From Nitrosopumilus sp. (GTDB lineage: Archaea > Thermoproteota > Nitrososphaeria > Nitrososphaerales > Nitrosopumilaceae): a stretch of DNA of 64,000 nt. The stretch lies in assembly GCA_965214775.1 (NCBI GenBank), contig OZ243974.1, forward strand, positions 1,888,001-1,952,000, given 5' to 3'. The notes below the pieces were generated by a model that ran no database searches, was not told where the DNA came from, and saw only the letters and a program-made list of their open reading frames with translations. How positions within the stretch are numbered: the first letter of the stretch is position 1; every line of letters starts with the position of its first letter. This document shows, one piece after another, positions 51,486 through 61,660 of this stretch. A program made the position numbers and the translations under genes.

Positions 51486-51554
51486 ACCCCAAACAAGCTC
51501 CAAACAGCACAATATATATCGAAATCCTTCCGAATAATTTTGTCGTGAGACAGT

Positions 51555-51652
51555 GCCGGGGTCGCCTAGCCTGGTAGGGCGCGCGCCTGGAAATCATTTA
51601 CCATAAAGCGCGTTCTCGCAAGGGAACGGGAGTTCGAATCTCCCTCCCGGCG
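51555..51652 (+). tRNA. tRNA-Ser(GGA) with a 14-nt intron at 37/38 (51593-51606)
   Basis: acceptor stem GCCGGGG/TCCCGGC, anticodon stem CGCGC/GCGCG, long variable arm, GTTCGAATC. Confidence 0.93.
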
Positions 51653-51993
51653 CCTTGTATGTTGTGACGCGCAGGCACAGTGAGCAAGATTCTCTCCCCT
51701 TGGAGTCGCTTGAGATTAGCAAAACCTGGTGATGCACGAACAAATTCGCATACGTCAAATCGGCTACAGCTCCTACAAGTGACACGCCGTCTGCCTGTAA
51801 AACCGCTTGGCAAACTTGCGGAAAAATCCGCGCGCTTGCATCTTCCAATTCCGGATCCCCTCTCTTGAACTCAACCCAACGTCGCATTGGTGTGAAGGAA
51901 AAAGCAGGAGGAGCCGATTGGCACAACTCAAAAAGACGAGTGGAGCTTGCATGGATGAGAATCCGAGCCATTTTTGTTTAAAAACAAATCATG

Positions 51994-53328
51994 TCACTCC
52001 TCATCCTCCTTGAGTTTGGCCGCATCCCCAAAGGAAACCCTGAGTGGCCCATGCCTACCAATTCTCCTTGCAGCCTCGCCTTTTTGCGTTATGGAATATC
52101 TTACGTTTTTGCCCGTTCCTGTCTTTTCTATAAGATTCCACGAGTACAGAGACTTTATGCCTTTTGTTATGGTGCCTCTGTTTCTCTTGGTTTTTGCAAT
52201 CAACTCCTTTGGATCGGATGACTTTTTGCTCAGATGGTTGAGGATCTTCATCTCAATCCCTGTCGGCTCTCTGATCTTGGTTGATTCGAACTTTTCCAAG
52301 TCATTCAGTATCACCTGCATGCCATTTCTTGCCCGCGTCCTTTGTATTGCGCGATAAGAATGCTCAAGCATAAGGTACAGGTTGGGAACATACATGTTGA
52401 CAATTGCCTCTATGACCTCGTCTGGAAATATGCTCTGTGCGATTTTCATTGCACGTGACTCGTTTGGTTCTACGTTTGATATTCCAAGCAACAGCCTGGC
52501 ATAGAGAATTCTTTTGAATTGATCAACTGTTGTGGGCCCTTCAATTTTTTGAGCCTGAGAGAGTCTTCCCAACGATTCTATTGTCTTTTTTTCGATTGAC
52601 TGGCCATATGTGTGAGACAAGGAAATAATCGAGCGCTTGCCCTGAAACCACCCCTGATTTCCATCAAAAAATTCTGACAGCATTGTGTCGTTTGGAACTT
52701 TGTCAAGCTCATCCATCACAAAAACAGGATGAATGTCTGACTCTGTCAGCTTATCAACAATGAAATCGACTGCAATTTTTGGTTCAATGTTTTTGTCTAT
52801 CAGCAGACTGCTCTCTCCATCTTCTCCTATCCCCAATTTATTCAGCAGTGTCGCTAATGCTTTTCTGGCTGCATGTGAGCCGACTGCAACCGGTGGAAAG
52901 ACTAGTCCCAACGCAGAGACGGCCGATGCTGCAATCCAAGGAACATGGGAGCCAACGGCTGATTTTACCTTGCCATGTTTGCTCTCCAAAGAGCCCGCAG
53001 ATATTAATCCGGACAAGACTGCACGATAGAATTTATCGGCAAGCTCAGACTGGTTTGAAACGCTGTTTGCCCCAACAACTTCGACAATTACAGGCAGGAA
53101 CTTTCTGCCGGGACTTCGCAAGCCGTGCCACAGGACAGCCTGCATCATCGTTGTCTTGCCAATTCCCCTTACGCCGTATATCGACACGCTTCTGCCGTGC
53201 TCAAAGACCTGCGTTGCAAGCTCCTTTGGAGTCTCATCGATGTCCTGGTACAGCAATCCAAAAAGTTCGTCATCATATCTGAGAAGCCAGGATGTAACAT
53301 GTTGTTGGGCAGCTAGCAGACTGTTCAT
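51994..53328 (-). CDS. P-loop ATPase (AAA/STAND-like) with C-terminal wHTH
   Basis: GVRGIGKTT, VFVMDELDK; C-terminal L..K...Y.IT.KG. Confidence 0.8.
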   Translation of the reverse strand: MNSLLAAQQHVTSWLLRYDDELFGLLYQDIDETPKELATQVFEHGRSVSIYGVRGIGKTTMMQAVLWHGLRSPGRKFLPVIVEVVGANSVSNQSELADKFYRAVLSGLISAGSLESKHGKVKSAVGSHVPWIAASAVSALGLVFPPVAVGSHAARKALATLLNKLGIGEDGESSLLIDKNIEPKIAVDFIVDKLTESDIHPVFVMDELDKVPNDTMLSEFFDGNQGWFQGKRSIISLSHTYGQSIEKKTIESLGRLSQAQKIEGPTTVDQFKRILYARLLLGISNVEPNESRAMKIAQSIFPDEVIEAIVNMYVPNLYLMLEHSYRAIQRTRARNGMQVILNDLEKFESTKIREPTGIEMKILNHLSKKSSDPKELIAKTKRNRGTITKGIKSLYSWNLIEKTGTGKNVRYSITQKGEAARRIGRHGPLRVSFGDAAKLKEDEE

Positions 53329-53371
53329 TTTTTATGCCTCCATTGACCCGTCCAGATTTAAGGTGCTGATC

Positions 53372-54642
53372 GGCGTTGTCCGGAATTTTTCCAGAAATCT
53401 ACCGATAAGCTTATAGATCATAAGCGCAGGATGCGACAACCTTATGGATCATAGGATCGACGTCCCCGTATCAATGAAATCAAAGACCAACAAGAAGGAA
53501 TCCAAGAAGGAATCCAAGAAGGAATCCAAGAAGGAATCCAGCAAGGCCAGCAAGAAAAAAAAGTCAGAGTACACGAGACCTCCGGAATACTATGCCGAGT
53601 ACGAGGAAAAAAGGAGAGAGGACAGCAAGAGGTGCGGCATCGGAATCAAAAAGATCCGCAAGATCCTCCTGTCCCTCCTCCATAACACAGAGCAAGAGGA
53701 TGAAATTCCCTATCTTCTGTGCGTACTCGACATGGAGTACCGCGGAAACTCGTATCGCAGGCACGTCGAATACATGGAGTCGAATCCTGGTTCAACTAAC
53801 ATGTACGGGCTCAAAAAGGTTCCGGCCAAGTCGACACTGCATGATGCAGCCGTAAGGATAGCTGCCTGGGACAAGTCGGTGCTAAGATCGGTACTCTCAG
53901 AACAGGCAGGCGCAGACGCCAAGGGAACGCTGCTTGGCGACTCTAGCGGTTTCTCCATAATGAGATACCACACATGGGAGGACGCAAAGAAGGGCGTCAT
54001 ATCCAGGCAGATGTTTGCCAAGCTGCACATACTGTTGGCCCCGCACGGCAAGATTGCCGCCTGCGAGGTGACGCCGGGCGAATTCCATGATTCCCCGGTG
54101 TTCCGTGACGAGCTGCTGCCGCAGGTTCCCAACGGCACAGGACACGTGATCCTGGATGCCGCATACGACTCGTATGAGAACTGCAGGGTCATAGCCGACG
54201 GAGGCAGAACCCCAGTGATATGTCCGCGTACAGGATATACGGTTCACGGGTTCAACGCCCGCTCCAAGATGCTAAGATGGCACAAAAAGGACCCCGAGGG
54301 ATTCGAGAAGACGTACCACCAGCGCAGCCTCGTTGAGTCGGCCTTCTCGTCGATAAAGGCAAGGTTTGACTCCACGGTGCGCGCCATGTCGCTTCCGATG
54401 CAGTCGCTCAGGCTTACCCTCAAGGTATTCTGCTACAATCTGGTCAGCTAGGATCCATAATGCCGGTACGGTGGAATCGTCCGGCTAGCGGATGCTATGC
54501 AGTATGACGTCAAAACACGGGCCATAACTGCACAATGCGGGCCGGAGTGCGGATTCGTCTCTATGTTTGCAGTCATTGCGCCATGATTTTGTACAAATCT
54601 CCCCGGAAATCACGTCCTAAAATCACGATTCCGGACAACGCC
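53372..54642 (+). mobile_element. IS5-family (IS903-like) element, complete (transposase 53444-54451)
   Basis: IR GGCGTTGTCCGGAAT; 9-bp TSD GTGCTGATC; DSSG, KLH, DAAYD, YHQRSLVES. Confidence 0.92.
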
Positions 54643-54955
54643 GTGCTGATCAAATAATATTTATATATCAACACCTCTATTTGTAGGTGTTAATATTTAA
54701 GTTTGATATAATGAGGGAACTGGGAAGTTTACGGTAGATGATTCTCTCTGGGAAATGTAGGTAGATCTAATAAATAAAAAATAGTTACAAGGTTCTGTGT
54801 AATCTGCGTTTGGTATTTTGCCGTGCTCACTGTCGTTTGGCAGGATTTTATGAATGGGACTGTTAAGTCAGTAGGGATCCGGGAGCGGGCCAGAGACAGC
54901 GCGCCGCATCGGTGCCGGGAGGCGCAGAACCTGCCAGGATCCGGGACGTGCAGGA

Positions 54956-55420
54956 TCAGCCACGGGCAGGCACGCCGCCCATCTCGGCGTAAAGCCCCTC
55001 GTTTCTGGCGCCGGCATGCCAGTGCATCATGCCCAGCGCCCACAGCGCCCCGGCGGATACGGCAAACCACGATCCTGCAGGCTCGTAGGGGATAGAGTAC
55101 AGGACGGCAAGCGGGATGACGATTATGACTACGAGCATCTCGGCCGAGACGTGGACGGGGACCGCAGCAGAATAGCCGTACCTGCAGAGAAACGCAAAGA
55201 GCGGCGAGGCCTCCATTGCAGATACGGCCCGGGCGTCTCCAAAGAGCATGGTGCTCTTGACGTCCCGGAACATCCCGACGCTGTACACCATGCATCCCGG
55301 GATCAGGACGGCGGCAAGGAGGTCGTCGGGTATCGTCGTCGACGCGGCAAGGGACGCGCAGAAGAGGGACGCCAGGACTGAAAAATAAAGCGGCCGGCCA
55401 AAAAATCCGGGTCGGCTCAT
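54956..55420 (-). CDS. polytopic membrane protein (DUF5658-like)
   Basis: D..ST..G...EASP motif between TM helices. Confidence 0.6.
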   Translation of the reverse strand: MSRPGFFGRPLYFSVLASLFCASLAASTTIPDDLLAAVLIPGCMVYSVGMFRDVKSTMLFGDARAVSAMEASPLFAFLCRYGYSAAVPVHVSAEMLVVIIVIPLAVLYSIPYEPAGSWFAVSAGALWALGMMHWHAGARNEGLYAEMGGVPARG

Positions 55421-57255
55421 TTGGGGGTCTCTCGTATCATGGGAGACATTGGTTTCCGGAAGCCCCTGCGCTCGGAGGGGGGCTGGCTCCAGGACGGTAC
55501 GTGCGCGCCGCGATGTACGCTCAGCATCATTATGCCTATGACGATGGCAGCTATGATCACGAGGCGCACTGCCCACATCAGTATGTCAAAGAGCTCCCGT
55601 ATGCCGTCGCCTATGTCGTCGCCGAGCGCGGCTGGGGCGTTGAACAGACAGTCCTCTGCGGAGAGGTCTGCGCCTCCGGCGGGATCAGAACAGTCGACAC
55701 CGGTAACGGTAACTATCAGCGTCGGGGCAAGAAAGACAATGACGTAGTTAATTCATAAAAAAACGAACAATTTTGACAACTGCTTTTGATCCAAACATTA
55801 AGATCAGGCAAACCATCGCACATGCATGGGAAAACAGGCAGAATTTGTGGCATCAAGGGACAAATTCCTGGGCAAGCAAAGCACTCACGTCTTCGCAAGG
55901 CGTACTAGACCCGACAGTATGGAATACGACAGTTGTTGTTGCTGCAGTAGTTAATTCGTGCATGGGGGGTTTGACATACTGCCACACAAGACCCGACAGT
56001 ATGGAATACGACAGTTGTTGTTGCTGCTGCTGCAGTAGTCAGCCCATCAAATATCGGAACATCTTTACCGGTAGGATCTCTCCACTGGCAAACATCTTCC
56101 GCACGGACTGCTCCATCTCATCAAGCGTATCAAACATCTTGGCAGACAGCCTCCGCTTTATCTCCCTCCACTGTATCTCTACAGGATTGAGCTCCGGCGC
56201 GTACGGCGGCAGGTACTCCAGTATTATCTCGCCCTTGTACTTTTCCAGCATCTCCCTTACGCCGACAGACTTGTGGTATGACGCATTATCCAGGAATATC
56301 AACACCTTTCCGTACTTTTCGTGCACCTTTTCCAAAAAGTCGCAAAAGCTGTCGGTGTTGGTCTTGTCATAGAACATATAGTAGAATATGTTAACTGCCA
56401 GCACGCCGAACATGTACCGGCGCTGCCGTGACAGCGATACGGGCGCCGTGACGCTCATGCCGCGCCTGAGCCACCCGTGTTTGGGGCTGTTTGAGGTCTT
56501 TTGTATGGATGACTCGTCTTCTGCCAGTACCGTATACCCTTGCGCCTCCTTTTCCCGTATCAGCTCCTGGGATGCCTCCTTGAACTCGTTCTGCTTTTGT
56601 TTTGAGACGGCCTTTGGGTTCTTTGGCCTCGGCTTCCTCCATGAGAACCCAAGCTCGCGTGCCAGCAGCCGCGTGCCGCTCTTGCTGTATTCTATGCCGA
56701 ACTTCTTTTTGATGTGCCGTCTCATCAGGCCCGAGTCCCACAGGCTGCTCTCAAAACCGCACTCCTCGGATCCTGACTTGAGATCCGCCGCAAGCTGTTT
56801 CAGCTGCGACTCACTCAGCTTGTGCTTGCGTCCCCTGCCTGGCCGCTCGTGCCTTGCACGTATTCCCTCGTCCTGTGCGCGGATGAGCCACTTGGATATG
56901 GTGGAATGTGCCCGGTCGAGGTTCTTTGCTATCTGTTCCACACCAAGGTCGTCCTTGCGCTGCATGTATGCAAGCAGCCTGTCGCGCTTTCTCTTGTCTG
57001 TCTCCTTTTTGTACGCCTCGTGCAGGTAGGAGCGTGACGTATTTGGCAGGAATTTGCTTCCTGATGCTACGAATTCCTTTCTCTGTCTGTCCATGCATAT
57101 GCGTATTCCTTGCCTGATCTTAATGTTTGGATCAAAAATAGTTGTCAAAATTGTTCTTTTTTTTATATGTTGACTACGGCGGCGATTATCGCGCTCATGA
57201 TCATGCCCTGGTACTTGCCTATCGACTCGGAGTCCTCTTTGCGTTTCTCAAGCAT
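55417..57255 (-). pseudogene. small membrane protein, possibly VirB2/TrbC pilin-like, split by an IS630 composite
   Basis: removing 55745-57176 and one CG restores ...MSAIIAA|VIVFLAPTLIV... Confidence 0.6.
55745..57176. mobile_element. IS630 composite: truncated copy (+) and full copy (-; transposase 56039-57148)
   Basis: two inverted left ends TAGT(T/C)AA...TTTTGACAACT..TTTTGATCCAAAC; CG flanks. Confidence 0.85.
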
Positions 57256-57335
57256 ACTGGGCAAATAACAGACAGTATTTAATCCCCAAATCGGGTTGCG
57301 GGGCGCACTTTTAACGTAATGCGCGCTTTGAACGC

Positions 57336-57956
57336 ATGACGTTTGCGCTTGACATAGTCAATGTCGTGGCACATGCCGACTGCGGCAGGAGGATAGACAT
57401 AGACAAACTCATAGTCCACGGCGGCGCCGTGAAGGATCTTGACACGGAGGCGGCAAAGTACTGCTTTGAGGATCCGTCCTGCGACGACGGGACACGGCAG
57501 ACCACGGTCAGCGTGTTTGCTACGGGGAGGCTGCTGTGCGTGGGGGCCAACAGCATAGAGCGGGCGCGAGGCCACACGAGGAAGGTCCTTGAGATCATAG
57601 GGTCGCCGGATACCGAGGTAAAGGTGCACATGATAGTCCTCAACGGGACCATCGAGGGCGACGTCGACGTGCTGTCAAAGATGGGCAGGCTTGAGCGCCA
57701 CTGGAACGTCAGGTTCGAGTCAAACTTTCTCAGCGGCGTGATACTCGTCCAGGGCGGCGGCATATACATGGACATATTCCCGCACTCAGAGCCGGTGCGG
57801 CTGGGGCTGCGGGGTCCGGACATGGAGACAATCCATGACGCGGTCGGCAAGCTGGAGTCGGCGCTGTTCGGCGTGGATGACGCGGTGCCGGCCTCGGGGG
57901 CGCCGGGAATCAGGGCGGACGGGATCCGGACACGTCACGGACAGGACCGGACTTAA
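57336..57956 (+). CDS. divergent TATA-binding-protein-like protein
   Basis: IVNVVA...G..ID, VSVFATGRLLCVGA.S; degenerate second repeat. Confidence 0.75.
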   Translation: MTFALDIVNVVAHADCGRRIDIDKLIVHGGAVKDLDTEAAKYCFEDPSCDDGTRQTTVSVFATGRLLCVGANSIERARGHTRKVLEIIGSPDTEVKVHMIVLNGTIEGDVDVLSKMGRLERHWNVRFESNFLSGVILVQGGGIYMDIFPHSEPVRLGLRGPDMETIHDAVGKLESALFGVDDAVPASGAPGIRADGIRTRHGQDRT

Positions 57957-57983
57957 AAGGAAACGGACCGTTTTAAAGCGGAT

Positions 57984-58625
57984 ATGAGCTGGTCAGAACG
58001 GCAGTCAGAGCGGTGGCATGATGTCTGCGACGAGTTAGGAATACTTGTGATCATGATGGGCATGTTCATAATGTTCGCCTTGCTGATTATCATCGTGATC
58101 CTCGCTGGTGCCGTCTTCATAGTGGCATTCGGCCACATTGAGCTGCCAGAGGACAACTCCATGGTGCTGAATTCGTTATGGGTGTCGCTTGCGTCGGCCG
58201 TGTGTCTGGGAGTCGGAGCGGCAGTCATTGGCGTAGGCAGACTGGCGGCATGGATTTCCAGGCGGAGGGGATCCGGACACGTCACGGACAGAACCGGGCT
58301 TAAGGAATTAAACCACTGGGATGCGGACATGAGCTGGTCAGAACGGCAGTCAGAGCGGTGGCATGATACCTGGTGCGAGACCGGAATGGCGTTGATCATC
58401 ATAGGCGCGCTTTCACTGTCCATCCCGCTGGCTGTCTTAGCGATCCTCCTTGGCGCCCTCTATCTGACTCTGTTCTTTGTGCCTGTGCTTGCCGGGATCG
58501 CGCTAATGTTTGCAGGCATGGCCGGCATCGAAGCGGGAGACATGGCGGCACGGGGTTCCGGAAGGAAGAGGCGGCCGGCAGAGACAGGCCACGAAAGGAA
58601 TCGGACCGTTGGGACGCGGACATGA
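57984..58625 (+). CDS. membrane protein with two tandem modules
   Basis: MSWSERQSERWHD occurs twice, each followed by TM helices. Confidence 0.7.
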   Translation: MSWSERQSERWHDVCDELGILVIMMGMFIMFALLIIIVILAGAVFIVAFGHIELPEDNSMVLNSLWVSLASAVCLGVGAAVIGVGRLAAWISRRRGSGHVTDRTGLKELNHWDADMSWSERQSERWHDTWCETGMALIIIGALSLSIPLAVLAILLGALYLTLFFVPVLAGIALMFAGMAGIEAGDMAARGSGRKRRPAETGHERNRTVGTRT

Positions 58626-58969
58626 GCGAGCCAGGACGGCAGTCCGGGCGGTGGCATGACACCTGGCGCAAGACCGGAGATATTGTGATCATCATAGGCA
58701 TATTTTCGGTGTCCGTCCCGCTGGCCTGTTGCGTGATCCTCCTTGGTTTAATCCCGCTGGCAGTATCCGGTCTCATTGAGCTGACAGAGGAGAATGCATC
58801 CCCGCTGGTGGATTTGACCGAATGGTCTACGTTGGTGGTGTTATCGTGCATGGGAGGCGGCGCGGCCATTGCTGGCATAGGCAGGCTGGCGGCATGGACT
58901 TCCGGTCGGATCGGGAACCCGCAAGGCAGGTCAGGACGCGCTGGAACGGAGTCGGCGGGTCGGACATGA
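58622..58969 (+). CDS. third copy of the same membrane module
   Basis: MSEPGRQSGRWHD...GRLAAW.S. Confidence 0.65.
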   Translation: MSEPGRQSGRWHDTWRKTGDIVIIIGIFSVSVPLACCVILLGLIPLAVSGLIELTEENASPLVDLTEWSTLVVLSCMGGGAAIAGIGRLAAWTSGRIGNPQGRSGRAGTESAGRT

Positions 58970-59466
58970 CTGGGCGTTCGGAGCTTCCGGCATTCCTGAT
59001 CGGAATGCATGACTGTGTGGAGGGCATGGGCAGGCTACAAAAGTACGCGTTTCTTTCTGCAATGCAGATAAAGGAGCTGCGCAGTGTCGGGTTCTACGAT
59101 GACTGGAAGGCGAGCAACTTCGGACCGTTCAGTGCAGGGCTGGCAGGCGACATCAGGGAGGCGCTGGGCAGAAGCCAGATAACAAGGCACACGATCACAA
59201 ACAGCTACGGCTTCAGGGTGGACAGGTTCGCAGTAACCGGGCATGGCAGGAAAATCTTTGAGCGGTTAAGGCACGAGCACGCAGGCCTGTACAACAAAAT
59301 CGTAGCAATCACTGGAAGATACCAGGAGTACTCCCTGGCGCGGCTGCTGCAGGATGTCTACTACCGGTACCCGCAGTATGCAAGTGCAGGCACGACAAAG
59401 GCCGGCAGGGGGATTTACGAGTCGGACTCGTATCTCAACACGGAACACGACGGATCCGGCCTCTAA
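58966..59466 (+). CDS. SocA/Panacea (DUF4065)/YwgA-like protein
   Basis: G..RLQKY.FL, W....FGPFS..L..D, LL..VY..YP. Confidence 0.7.
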   Translation: MTGRSELPAFLIGMHDCVEGMGRLQKYAFLSAMQIKELRSVGFYDDWKASNFGPFSAGLAGDIREALGRSQITRHTITNSYGFRVDRFAVTGHGRKIFERLRHEHAGLYNKIVAITGRYQEYSLARLLQDVYYRYPQYASAGTTKAGRGIYESDSYLNTEHDGSGL

Positions 59467-59628
59467 TCACGGGGGATCAACGGCCATGTTTTTGAACTGG
59501 TTTATGCGATGCGGTTTTCATATAAACACGCAAATTGGCGGCGCGTGTCGGGTTGAGTTACAATGTGGAACAGAATGGAGATCACGGATCATGACGCGGT
59601 TAAATGGTTAGATGAATTGTGATGGTGG

Positions 59629-59916
59629 ATGTCTCGTAAGCACTCAAAAGCCGCCTGGGGATTGGCAGTGGCTGGATTTGCAGTCCTGACTCTTGGCATC
59701 ATTCAGTTCTTAGACTTGTTTGAACTTGGAGGAGAAGACATTGGTACGGTCTTAATGACGTATGGAGGAGTGGTCATCGGCATAAGTTCTACCGCATTGA
59801 TTACATCAAAACCATCCAATCTACAAAATCCGACGACTTGCGATTGCATGAAGTCTCCCACCTTTAACCTGTCAGGAAAGAACTCACATGTGACAGTGAT
59901 TTTCATGTCCAGATAG
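59629..59916 (+). CDS. small 2-TM hypothetical protein
   Basis: two hydrophobic helices. Confidence 0.45.
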   Translation: MSRKHSKAAWGLAVAGFAVLTLGIIQFLDLFELGGEDIGTVLMTYGGVVIGISSTALITSKPSNLQNPTTCDCMKSPTFNLSGKNSHVTVIFMSR

Positions 59917-59982
59917 TGATGACATAGCCTGGTCCGTTCTGATCATTCCGCGCTTAAATTCTACGGTGTGTCATTGTTGTAC

Positions 59983-60366
59983 ATGTCCCTTCAGAGAAAG
60001 GCGCGGTGCGACAGGTGCGGCAAAGACATGAGACATAGCATGCTTGCATTCTGTTATAATCCGGGATGCGGCGACGACATGGACAATCCTGTCAGGTGCC
60101 GCAACAGAAAATCTCATCAGAATATCTGTGAGGATTGCGTGCTGGAGGATGTGCAAAAGACGCGGCCTGCGGCAGCTGCCCGCGACCTGCAGGATTCCAA
60201 ACCTTCGGATGCCGGAAATGCGAGGTATGCAGCATATGGACAGGGAGACGGCCGGCTGATGGATGAAATAACAGGCACCGCTGCAGGCATTGCCATATTT
60301 ACTGTCCTAGGCATCATCACGGGAATAATCCTGGCCGCTATTTCAGCTTCCGGTTTATCTCGTTGA
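59983..60366 (+). CDS. Zn-finger protein with C-terminal TM
   Basis: CDRC, C...C, H...CEDC. Confidence 0.55.
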   Translation: MSLQRKARCDRCGKDMRHSMLAFCYNPGCGDDMDNPVRCRNRKSHQNICEDCVLEDVQKTRPAAAARDLQDSKPSDAGNARYAAYGQGDGRLMDEITGTAAGIAIFTVLGIITGIILAAISASGLSR

Positions 60367-60604
60367 GTATATCGCGCATCTCCTTGAGGGTGTCCGATAT
60401 GTCATCTAGCTTGTCCAGCTTCTTGTCCTGCCTTTCGAATGCGGCCATGATTTTTTTCATGTCCTTCTTGCTTAGAATCAAGGCAATCAGGAAAATGATG
60501 GTTGGTATAAAAACCGCCAATGGGACACCAATGGTCATTTTGCGGAAATTTTTTTGGACAACACCAGAGTGGCGGTACCCGTCCAGCAGGATGGACAGCA
60601 GCAC
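60338..60604 (-). CDS. small TM plus coiled-coil protein (start probably ~60538)
   Basis: tail similar to 62944-63237 (LDKLDDISDTL). Confidence 0.6.
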   Translation of the reverse strand: MLLSILLDGYRHSGVVQKNFRKMTIGVPLAVFIPTIIFLIALILSKKDMKKIMAAFERQDKKLDKLDDISDTLKEMRDILNEINRKLK

Positions 60605-60867
60605 GAGATCAAGGACTTCTGATCTGACTATCTAGCATTCACCATTGCAATTCATACAATCATAAGCGCACAGCCATGATCAGCTAAGTGAAATGTAAAT
60701 GAGGTTTGTTGTTTTGCCTTGCTGTTGAGGCGCCGCGCCTTATACCTGGTTTCTGTTTTGCTCGATTTCTTGGCACATTTCACTTGGCAGGTGAATCCCA
60801 CTTCCTCCACAATGCTGCGTGTATGACTCCACACGCCGTGTGATTTTCGCCTTAAATACATACCATA

Positions 60868-61548
60868 ATGTTTTACTCAATGAACTTGAGTAACTACAAG
60901 ACAAGACGGAAAAGGACGCTGGCAGTGTCGGCAGTATTGGGGATGGTCATCGGGCTAGGAATTACGGCCGCAGTCGGCGCCGGCGTATACTATACGTACC
61001 AGGAGCAGGCTGACTTGTTCTCCACATCAGCGCAGATCGAGGTTAGAAACCTGAACGCCATAAGATCCGGCGATACGCTGACCATAACTGCAAACGTGAA
61101 GAATGTCGGATCGACTGCGCTTACTGACGTGTATCTGGCCAATATAGGAGCAGGTGGTGAATTTTCAATCACAACAGACAACCCAAACGATAACATAGAA
61201 ATCAGATCTGGGACTCATACAGCTTTTACTGAGGTGAACACATCTTATGACGGCGGGGGTGATTTGTGTGATGGGCCCCTTGCAGGTGCGGATTGTGATC
61301 CTGCAGATGAAGGAACTCTCGAAGTTTCAGGTGTGTCATATAGTTCGCCAGATGGAGGCGCATCACTTGACGGCGGGGGAACAAACGCCATTAGGCTGAC
61401 GGTTACCATGGATGGACTCACTCCACCCGACAATAACATATCAAACACGGTGACAATCTCTGACAGACTCACATTACAGCTGGGATTCACATCAGGTGAC
61501 GACGAATTCCTCTCAGACGTCTACAATACCCGAGTCCGTCCGGGTTAA
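60868..61548 (+). CDS. archaeal type IV pilin-like protein
   Basis: class III signal RRKRTLA/VSAVLG plus a hydrophobic helix; VKNVGS. Confidence 0.7.
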   Translation: MFYSMNLSNYKTRRKRTLAVSAVLGMVIGLGITAAVGAGVYYTYQEQADLFSTSAQIEVRNLNAIRSGDTLTITANVKNVGSTALTDVYLANIGAGGEFSITTDNPNDNIEIRSGTHTAFTEVNTSYDGGGDLCDGPLAGADCDPADEGTLEVSGVSYSSPDGGASLDGGGTNAIRLTVTMDGLTPPDNNISNTVTISDRLTLQLGFTSGDDEFLSDVYNTRVRPG

Positions 61549-61660
61549 CCACATTTTTTACCTTGCTCCACATAGTCGCAATCATCATCGTCTCCATTGC
61601 TTTACTTGACAGGATCATTCCACGGAGCCGATGTGATGCCGGCCCAGGGGGGTTTCACTG

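Noticed and set aside
51660-51970. Possible integrase remnant after tRNA-Ser (minus-strand GFFRKF peptide)
   Set aside because: Too short; no other tyrosine-recombinase motif is visible
53489-53540. 12-bp KKES repeat in the IS5 transposase and poly-Gln tracts in IS66/IS110
   Set aside because: Low-complexity slippage in probably disordered N-termini; no evidence of function
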